DNA from: Vicinamibacterales bacterium
GTDB lineage: Bacteria; Acidobacteriota; Vicinamibacteria; Vicinamibacterales; UBA8438
DNA: 64,000 bases
Assembly: GCA_965116845.1 (NCBI GenBank)
Contig: OZ220728.1
Span: 2,630,044 to 2,694,043 of the forward strand
Direction: 5' to 3'
In this document: positions 36,585-43,736 of the stretch, piece by piece
How the letters are laid out: the number at the start of each line of letters is the position of its first letter
How positions within the stretch are numbered: position 1 is the first letter of the stretch
Made by a program: the position numbers and the translations under genes
Notes under the pieces: model-generated
The model's input: the letters and a program-made list of their open reading frames with translations, nothing else
Told to the model about the DNA's origin: nothing
Databases searched by the model: none

Positions 36585-37031
36585 ATGCCAGAGGCGGTAC
36601 TCACTCCGTACCTCGGGGTGCACGATTGCGCGGCCGCGATCGACTTCTATCGGCGGGCGCTCGGCGCAGAGGAAACGGGCCCCCGCTTCACGTCTCCCGA
36701 CGGGCGCATAGGGCACGCGGAGATCTCCATCGGCGGCTCGCGCATCTACATCAGCGACGAGCATCCGGAAGTCGGGGCCCTCAGTCCGAAGCGGCTCGGC
36801 GGCTCGCACGCTGCGTTGCATCTGCAGGTGCCCGATGCGGACGAGACGGCGCGCCGCCTCGTCGACGCCGGCGCCACCGTGCTCCATGCGGTGGAAGATC
36901 AGGCGGACGGCGAGCGCCGGGGTACATTCCTGGATCCCTTCGGATATCGGTGGATGATCGGCCAGCAGGTCGAGGCGCCGTCGAAGGCGCAGATGCAGGA
37001 ACGGATCGGCGACAGCTTCCGGGTGGACTGA
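36585..37031 (+). CDS. VOC/glyoxalase-fold (PhnB-like) protein
   Basis: ATG 36585 after GGGAGGG. LTPYLGVHDCAAAIDFYRRALGAEE...GHAEISIGGSRIYISDE...FLDPFGYRWMI. Confidence 0.8.
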   Translation: MPEAVLTPYLGVHDCAAAIDFYRRALGAEETGPRFTSPDGRIGHAEISIGGSRIYISDEHPEVGALSPKRLGGSHAALHLQVPDADETARRLVDAGATVLHAVEDQADGERRGTFLDPFGYRWMIGQQVEAPSKAQMQERIGDSFRVD

Positions 37032-37098
37032 CGCTGCTCGCGCGGGCGTCGTGCTCGGCGGGGCGTCAGGCGGCCCACTGCGAGCCGATCCGCCGGTT

Positions 37099-38748
37099 TT
37101 ACGGCTCGATGCGGTAGACGCGGTTGTCGCGATAGGCCGAGACGAAGAGCGCGCCGTCGCCTGCGGCGATGCCGGCCAGCTCGCCGACGGACGTCGTTCC
37201 CCCGAGCGCGCGCCGCTCGGGGCCGCTCAGGGCGAGGCCGTCCACGACCGCCGTCGCGGCGCCGGACTCCACATCCACGCGGGCGACGCGTCCGGCCTCC
37301 ACCTCGACGACGTACAGGGAGCCGTCGTCGCCCGCCGCGATGCCCTCGGGTCCGGACAGTCCGGTCGCCACCGCGCGCGGCGTCTCGAGGACGGCGCCGT
37401 CGTCCAGAACCTGGAGCACGGTGCCGCTCCGGTCCGCGACGTACAGGTCGCCGCCGTGCACGGCGAGGCCGGCCGGCTCCGAGAGGCCGCTCGCGACCAC
37501 CGTCCGATCCTCCGGCGAGTCCGGATCGAAGCGCACCACGCTGCCCGTGCCGTACTCGCTCACGACGATGTCGTCGCCGTAGGCGAGGGCGTCGATCGCC
37601 TCCTCGAATCCCTCGACGCGCGCGACGACCCGATCGCCGTCCGGGTCCCACACGGTGACCGTCGTGGGGCTCGACAGCACCAGATGCTCCCCGTGGGGGT
37701 GGACCGACATCACCTGCCCGACGTCGGTGACCAGCGCGCCCGCGGCGTGGATGTGGGCGCCGGTCGACGGGTCGAGTTCGCGCAGGGCGCCCCCGTCGGC
37801 CAGGAACAGACGGCCCTCGCCGGTGTAGGCGATGCCCCCCGGTGAGTTGACGTGGCTCGGCAGCACTTGCCGAAGCGTGTCGGGTCCCGTCACCTCGACG
37901 ATGGATCCGTCCATGAAGCTGGAGACGAAGATGCGGTCGTCGCGGTCGAGAGCCAGATTGTCGAGGCCGGTCCCGGGCCGACCCACGACCTCGCGGCTTC
38001 CGCTCGCGAGGTCGAGCCGGACCACTTCACCCGCCTGCGTGTCGAGCACGTGCAGCCGGCCCCCGGAGTCGAACTTGACGGCGGCGGGGATCCGGAAACC
38101 GGTCGCGACCGTCTCCACGGCGCCGCTGTCGACGTCCACCCGGGCCACCTCGCCGCGGAACCAGCGCGGTCCGTACAGCTTGCCGTCGGGGCCCCAGTCC
38201 ATGCCGTTGAGGCCGCAGCCCGGCTCCAGCTCGTCGTTGATGAGCCGCGGCTCGTCCGCGCCGTCCGGGTCGATCTCGAAGAGCTGGTCTCCGAGGAAGC
38301 ACTGGGACACGAACAGCCGGCCGTCGTCGGAGAACGTGATCGGATTCGCGCCGGGTCCGGGCGCTCCCACGATGCTCGTCGTCCCGTTCGGCGTGCGCCT
38401 GCCGACATCGCCGCCGGCGATGTCGGTCCAGTACAGCGAGCCGTCGGGCCCGAAGGCCAGGTCGTCGGGTCCGTTCACCCCGTCGTCGGCGCCCCAGCGG
38501 CTCACGGCCGCACCGCTCTCGGGGTCGATGGCCAGGATCGCGGAGCTGACGACGCTCGCGATGTAGAGGTTGCCGTCCGGGCCGAACAGGATGCCGTTCG
38601 TCCCGTGCAGCGGACCTCCCTGGGCCAGCACGGTGACGGTCGGCGTCGACTGCGCCGAGGCCGGGGGAGCCTCCCCGCCGGAGAGAAGAACGAGGCCGAT
38701 CGCGGCGGTGAGGGCAAACACGGGCGTAAGGATCGGGCGGCAACGCAT
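37099..38748 (-). CDS. Secreted SMP-30/gluconolactonase/NHL-like double beta-propeller protein
   Basis: Signal MRCRPILTPVFALTAAIGLVLL. Repeated GP(D/E)G(L/I)A.....G.LY(V/I) blades through about 550 aa. Confidence 0.75.
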   Translation of the reverse strand: MRCRPILTPVFALTAAIGLVLLSGGEAPPASAQSTPTVTVLAQGGPLHGTNGILFGPDGNLYIASVVSSAILAIDPESGAAVSRWGADDGVNGPDDLAFGPDGSLYWTDIAGGDVGRRTPNGTTSIVGAPGPGANPITFSDDGRLFVSQCFLGDQLFEIDPDGADEPRLINDELEPGCGLNGMDWGPDGKLYGPRWFRGEVARVDVDSGAVETVATGFRIPAAVKFDSGGRLHVLDTQAGEVVRLDLASGSREVVGRPGTGLDNLALDRDDRIFVSSFMDGSIVEVTGPDTLRQVLPSHVNSPGGIAYTGEGRLFLADGGALRELDPSTGAHIHAAGALVTDVGQVMSVHPHGEHLVLSSPTTVTVWDPDGDRVVARVEGFEEAIDALAYGDDIVVSEYGTGSVVRFDPDSPEDRTVVASGLSEPAGLAVHGGDLYVADRSGTVLQVLDDGAVLETPRAVATGLSGPEGIAAGDDGSLYVVEVEAGRVARVDVESGAATAVVDGLALSGPERRALGGTTSVGELAGIAAGDGALFVSAYRDNRVYRIEP

Positions 38749-39008
38749 CAGCGGTTTCCTCCAGTCTCGGGAACGCCGGATCCTAGCCGGAAACCGTCGC
38801 CCGCGGCTCCGATTCCCCCAGCCACGCTGCCAGGAGCCTCGCGCCATTCTACGGGTCGCAGACTCCTGGCAGGCCCCGTCGTCCTGTCAGGCCGCGTGTT
38901 CTTTGGCGGCGTTGCCAACACGGAGCCACCACGGCGAAACCGCTGGCGCCGAGCCGCCCCGGCGTGGCAGGATCCCTCGGGATGCTGTCGCGCGACCGCC
39001 CGGAAGCG

Positions 39009-40403
39009 ATGCGGCGCCGTTGCGCCCATGTCATCGTCGTCGCGATGGCACTGGGCGCAGCCGGCCTGGGTGCGGCGGAGCGCGACCTGCGCCTCGTCGA
39101 CGCGGTCCGGGACGGTGACGCGGAGGCGGTAGCGGCGCTCCTGGCCGGCGACGCCGACGTGGACGCCGTTTCGGCCGACGGCTCCACGGCGCTGCACTGG
39201 GCCGTCTACGCGGACGACGCCGAGACCGTGGGCCGCCTGCTCGCCGCCGGCGCCGCCGTCGACGCGGCGAACGACCATGGCGTGACGCCCCTGGCGCTGG
39301 CCTGCGGCAACCGCAGCGCGCCGCTGGTGATGGCGTTGCTCGATGCCGGAGCGGATCCCAACGCAACCATCTGGAGCGGCGAGACGGCGCTGATGACGTG
39401 CGCGCGCACCGGGAGCTCTCGCGCCGTCAATGGCCTGCTCGCTGCCGGCGCCGACCCCGACCGGAAGGAGCCGGAGGAGCACCAGACGGCCCTGATGTGG
39501 GCGGTGTCCGAGCGTCACCCGGCCGCCGCCGGCGCCCTCATCCGGTACGGCGCGGATGTCGCGGCCCGGACGAAGCGCGGCTTCACGCCGCTCCTTTTCG
39601 CAGCCCGCGAGGGTGCCTACGAGAGCGCACGCGCCCTCCTCGCGGCTGGCGCGGATCCCGACGAGGCGGCGGAAGATGCCACGACCCCGCTCGTAGCCGC
39701 GACGGTACGAGGACATGCCGCGCTCGCCATCCGGCTGCTCGAGGCGGGCGCCGATCCCAACGCGGCGGGTTCCGGTTACACGGCGCTCCACTGGGCAGCC
39801 GGGTCGTGGGAGACCGAGTTGACCGGGCCGGTGGGCATCGCGGCCTTCCGCGACGAGGAGTGGGGTGCCGCGGCCGGCGTGCCCGGCGACAGCCTGGCGC
39901 TGGTGCGAATGCTGCTGGCCCACGGCGCCGGCGTGGACGCCCTCGTCGAGACCGCGCCGCCCCGCTTCGGTTTCGGCGGCCGGCGCGACGCCACCGGCGC
40001 CACGCCCTTCTTCCTTGCGGCACGGGAGGCCGACGTCGGTCTGATGCGTCTGCTGATCGATCACGGCGCCGATCCGCACGCGCCGAACGCCACCGGCATG
40101 ACGCCGCTGATGGCCGCGGCGGGCGTCGGCCGGCGCCTGGCGGAGACGCGGGTCACCGCGTCGCGCGCCCTGGCCGCCACCCGGTTCGTATGGGACCTCG
40201 GGGGCAGCGACGTCAACGCCGCGACAGATGCCGGGGATACGGCGCTGCACGGGGCCGCGGGAACCGGCGCCACGGACGTCGTCGCGTTCCTTGTCGAGCG
40301 CGGTGCGGTGGTCGGTGTCGCGAACAAGCGGGGACGCACGCCGCTGATGGCCGCGGCCGGGACGGCGGCCGAGCCGTTGCTGCGCCGGTTGGCCGCACGC
40401 TGA
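39009..40403 (+). CDS. Signal-peptide ankyrin-repeat protein, paralog 4
   Basis: MRRRCAHVIVVAMALGAAGLGAA. Same layout as the other three (DLRLVDAVRDGD..., GSTALHWAVYADD, GVTPLALAC, HQTALMWAV). Alternative starts at 38964 and 38982. Confidence 0.82.
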   Translation: MRRRCAHVIVVAMALGAAGLGAAERDLRLVDAVRDGDAEAVAALLAGDADVDAVSADGSTALHWAVYADDAETVGRLLAAGAAVDAANDHGVTPLALACGNRSAPLVMALLDAGADPNATIWSGETALMTCARTGSSRAVNGLLAAGADPDRKEPEEHQTALMWAVSERHPAAAGALIRYGADVAARTKRGFTPLLFAAREGAYESARALLAAGADPDEAAEDATTPLVAATVRGHAALAIRLLEAGADPNAAGSGYTALHWAAGSWETELTGPVGIAAFRDEEWGAAAGVPGDSLALVRMLLAHGAGVDALVETAPPRFGFGGRRDATGATPFFLAAREADVGLMRLLIDHGADPHAPNATGMTPLMAAAGVGRRLAETRVTASRALAATRFVWDLGGSDVNAATDAGDTALHGAAGTGATDVVAFLVERGAVVGVANKRGRTPLMAAAGTAAEPLLRRLAAR

Positions 40404-40504
40404 GCGGGACGGAAGCCCGGGCGGCGCATGTCGGAGCCGCCCTTGAACGACGCACGCGAGAACGACGAAACCCGAAGACGAAAGCGAAATCGAGAGGAGA
40501 CACA

Positions 40505-40966
40505 GTGGCCACAGCAACGACGAGACGGGAGTTTCTGGCCGCCGGCGGGGTTGCCCCGCTGGCGCTGGTGCTGGGGGGGCAGACCGGTTCGCGCGACCTG
40601 ACGGCGGCCGAGCAGGCCAACGTGGACGTCGTCAACGGCTTCTGCGACGCCTGGGCGACGCGCGATGCGTCCCAGATCGCGTCCTTTCTGGCCGACGACG
40701 TGGTGTTCCGGTTCACGCAGGATGCCGACGCCGTGACCGGGAGCGAGACGTTCCGCCAGCAGGCGGGAGGATTCCTGGCGAGCGCGAGCGAGGTGCGGTT
40801 CGACGTGCTCGAGACCTGGGCGGTCGGGCCGCTGGTGGTGAACCTGCGCGTCGATTACTTCACGAGCCCCGATGGGCAGCAGGAGTTCCGGGTCGCCGGC
40901 GTGTTCTACGTCAGCGACGGCAAGATCGTCGAGTGGATCGACGCGCTGGCGCCGGCGCCGGCGTAG
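40505..40966 (+). CDS. Tat-signal SnoaL/limonene-epoxide-hydrolase-like NTF2-fold protein
   Basis: GTG 40505 after GAGGAG. TRREFLAAGGVAPLALVLG. VVNGFCDAWATRD...FYVSDGKIVEWID. Confidence 0.7.
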   Translation: MATATTRREFLAAGGVAPLALVLGGQTGSRDLTAAEQANVDVVNGFCDAWATRDASQIASFLADDVVFRFTQDADAVTGSETFRQQAGGFLASASEVRFDVLETWAVGPLVVNLRVDYFTSPDGQQEFRVAGVFYVSDGKIVEWIDALAPAPA

Positions 40967-41032
40967 AACTCCGGTCCGACAGCAGCCGGGGCGGTGCGGG
41001 TATCCGCCTCCGGCGCCAGGGAGGGATGCCAC

Positions 41033-41626
41033 GTGTCGAACAAGACTGACGAGGCGAGGCTCGAGGCGTTGATCGGGCGGCGCACCCTGCTCCGGGGCTC
41101 GGCAGCCGGCGGTGCGGCGCTCGCCGCGGGGCTCTTCGGTCCGCTGGCTGCGTCGGCGGCCGGCCAGGGGGCGAAGGCCGACCCGGCGCAGCCGGTCAGG
41201 AGCGGCAGGATCCGCCGGGTGCTGACCGGTCAGAACGCGGCGGGCCGCTCGTACATCGCCGAAGACGCGACGGTCGCCATCGAGGACGGCTGGACGACGA
41301 CTCCCGATGCTCCGCTCGGTCCGGCGCCGGCCGGCGAGGAGCGCGCGGACTTCAGCCGCGCCACCGGCGACACCCGGTTCTGGGTGCTGTCGATGGCACC
41401 GCACGACGACCCGAGGCCGGACCTGACGAACCGCATCGGGTTCCACAAGACGCCCGGTGTCGCCTACATCTACATTCTGAGCGGTGAGGTGGTCTTCCTG
41501 GTGGACGACGGCGAGGTCCGGCTGCAGCCGGGAGACCTGCTGGTCGAGCGGGGCACCGATCATTCCTGGCGGAACGAGGGGCCGGAGCCCGTCGGCATGC
41601 TGATCGCGATGGCGAGCGCCGCCTGA
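41033..41626 (+). CDS. Tat-signal cupin-domain protein
   Basis: GTG 41033 after GGAGGG. GRRTLLRGSAAGGAALAAG. C-terminal cupin FHKTPGVAYIYILSGEVVFLVDDGEVRLQPGDLLVERGTDHSWRN. Confidence 0.7.
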   Translation: MSNKTDEARLEALIGRRTLLRGSAAGGAALAAGLFGPLAASAAGQGAKADPAQPVRSGRIRRVLTGQNAAGRSYIAEDATVAIEDGWTTTPDAPLGPAPAGEERADFSRATGDTRFWVLSMAPHDDPRPDLTNRIGFHKTPGVAYIYILSGEVVFLVDDGEVRLQPGDLLVERGTDHSWRNEGPEPVGMLIAMASAA

Positions 41627-41678
41627 TCGGGTCCGCCACAACGCACGACACTTCCAAGTCCGGGAGGAGCCCTCGATC

Positions 41679-42080
41679 ATGACCATCGCTCTCGCATTTC
41701 TGGCCGCGTGGCTGGCGCAGCCGGCGGTGGAACTCGACTACGAGTTCTATCGGGACAAGGTCCAGCCGATCTTCCAGGAGAGGCGCGCCGGCTTCACCCG
41801 CTGCGTGGTCTGCCACGCGGACGGTGGGCGCGTCGGGTTTCTCGAAGAGCTCGCCCGCGGCGCCGAGACCTGGACCGAGGAGCAGTCGCGCGCCAACTTC
41901 GAGGCCGTCTCGCAATTGGTGGTGCCCGGGGATCCGCTCGCCAGCCGGCTGCTGATGCACCCGCTCGAGCCGGACGCGGGCGGCGACGAGTTCCACAACG
42001 GCGGCCGGCAGTTCACGTCGCAGGAGGATCCGTGGTTCCAGACGCTTGCGGCGTGGGTGCGCGGCGAGACCTCCGAGTGA
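41679..42080 (+). CDS. Small CxxCH (putative mono-heme) protein
   Basis: ATG after GGGAGGAG. FYRDKVQPIFQERRAGFTRCVVCH, resembling the N-terminal heme modules of the large planctomycete/acidobacterial proteins. Confidence 0.65.
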   Translation: MTIALAFLAAWLAQPAVELDYEFYRDKVQPIFQERRAGFTRCVVCHADGGRVGFLEELARGAETWTEEQSRANFEAVSQLVVPGDPLASRLLMHPLEPDAGGDEFHNGGRQFTSQEDPWFQTLAAWVRGETSE

Positions 42081-42136
42081 CCGGCACACGGAGTGACCAG
42101 CCATACGGAGTGGCAGGACAAGAGGAGCGTTCAAGG

Positions 42137-43159
42137 ATGGCAACGAATCAGCGAGCGGTTGCGTTCCTGGCGGCGGCAGTGCTGCTCGTCCCGGCGTTCG
42201 CGGCGGCGCAGACGGTCCGCATCGTGCAGACCAACAGCGCCGGCGACAACGTCCACATCATCGACCCGACGACCAACGAGGTCGTGGGGGTCATCGACGG
42301 CATCGAGCGCGCGCACGGAGCCGCCCCGTCGCCCGACGGGAAGTGGATCTATGTCGCGAACGAGTCGGACGACACCATCGACATCGTCGACGTCGGCATG
42401 TTGAAGGTCGTCAAGAAGGTCGAGCTGAGCGGACGGCCGAACAACATCGCGATCACGCCGGATGGCAAGAAGGTGTACACCGCCATCGCGGAGTCGCCGG
42501 GCGCGCTCGACGTCTACGACACCGAAGCGGGCGAGATCATCGCCACGATCTCCGTCCATGGCGGCGTTCACAACACCTACGTGACGCCCGACGGCAAGCA
42601 CGCGGTGGCCGGCATGATCGGCGCCCGCAACCTCACGGTCGTGGACACCGCCACGGACCGGCCGGTCTGGACGACCTACTTCGACCGCGGCATCCGGCCG
42701 ATGGCGTTCGACCGCAACGACGACGGCTCCACCCGGCGGATCTACGCGCAGCTCTCGAACTTCAACGGCTTCGGGGTCGTCGACTTCGAGACCCGCAAGG
42801 AGATCGCGCGGATCGAGTACCCCGAGGTGTCCGCCGACGAGCGGACGCCGGGCCACGGCGGCAACACGGCGCACGGCCTCGGCGTGACCCCCGACAACCA
42901 GTACCTCGTCGCCAACAGCAGCCTGAACAGCAGCGTCTACGTCTACCGGCTGCCGGACCTGGAGCTGGTGGGCGGCGTCCGCGTGGGGCACTCGCCGAAC
43001 TGGATCACGATCACTCCCGACAGCAAGTACGCCTACGTCTCCATCTCGGGCGAGAACCGGGTGGCGGTGGTCGAGATCGCAACGGTCGAGAACGTGGCCT
43101 CGATCCCGACCGGCGGCCAGGTGCCGAAGCGCAACGCCACGCTGATCGTCGGGCAATAG
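42137..43159 (+). CDS. YVTN-family beta-propeller repeat protein
   Basis: Signal AVAFLAAAVLLVPAFAAA. Repeated ..PDGK.(V/I)Y(V/T)A units (SPDGKWIYVAN, TPDGKKVYTAI, TPDGKHAVAG, TPDNQYLVAN, TPDSKYAYVS). Confidence 0.82.
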   Translation: MATNQRAVAFLAAAVLLVPAFAAAQTVRIVQTNSAGDNVHIIDPTTNEVVGVIDGIERAHGAAPSPDGKWIYVANESDDTIDIVDVGMLKVVKKVELSGRPNNIAITPDGKKVYTAIAESPGALDVYDTEAGEIIATISVHGGVHNTYVTPDGKHAVAGMIGARNLTVVDTATDRPVWTTYFDRGIRPMAFDRNDDGSTRRIYAQLSNFNGFGVVDFETRKEIARIEYPEVSADERTPGHGGNTAHGLGVTPDNQYLVANSSLNSSVYVYRLPDLELVGGVRVGHSPNWITITPDSKYAYVSISGENRVAVVEIATVENVASIPTGGQVPKRNATLIVGQ

Positions 43160-43170
43160 GGACGGCGCGG

Positions 43171-43593
43171 ATGTCCCGACTTCGCATGGTCGGCGCGGCG
43201 GCCCTGGTCCTCTTCGGGGCCGGGGCCGCCGCGCCCGCGGAGCAGCCGGCGGCGAATGCGGCCGCCGGCTACACGGTTGAGCAGGCCGAGCGGGGCGGCG
43301 CGCTCTACGAGGAGCAGTGCGTCTCGTGCCACGGCCCGATCCGGGCCATCATCCCCGAGATGGCGGCGCTGCTCGGCGATTACACCTTCCGCTCCAACTG
43401 GCGCGGCCGCCCGCTGGGCGAGCTGTTCGGCATGATCATCGAAACCATGCCGCAGGACGCTCCGGGCACGCTCACGCCGGAGGAGACGGCGGGCATCGTT
43501 GCCTACATCCTGCAGGGCAACCGGGTCCAGGCGGGCGAGACGGAGTTCCCGCACGACCCCGTCGCGCTTGCCGACATCCTCTTTGACCCTTGA
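43171..43593 (+). CDS. Class I c-type cytochrome
   Basis: Signal peptide. GGALYEEQCVSCHG ... ETMPQDAPGTLTPEETAGIVAYIL (distal Met region). Confidence 0.8.
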   Translation: MSRLRMVGAAALVLFGAGAAAPAEQPAANAAAGYTVEQAERGGALYEEQCVSCHGPIRAIIPEMAALLGDYTFRSNWRGRPLGELFGMIIETMPQDAPGTLTPEETAGIVAYILQGNRVQAGETEFPHDPVALADILFDP

Positions 43594-43627
43594 TTTCTCC
43601 GCGTCCGGTGACGGAGCCGCTGCGCGA

Positions 43628-43681
43628 GGAGTCTGCGCCGTAGAACGAGCCATGCCGTAGCGTCGCGCCAGCGCAGACTCC
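43628..43681 (+). repeat. Palindrome GGAGTCTGCGC...GCGCAGACTCC (REP-like or terminator hairpin)
   Basis: Perfect 11 bp arms (43628-43638 and 43671-43681) with a 32-nt loop. Lies 35 nt after the cytochrome c stop. The first arm is identical over 13 nt to the hairpin at 5656. Confidence 0.4.
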
Positions 43682-43736
43682 CGCGTCCGTCAGGGCGCGC
43701 ACTTGCATCCGGCGCCGGGCGCCGGGGAGGTGTCCG

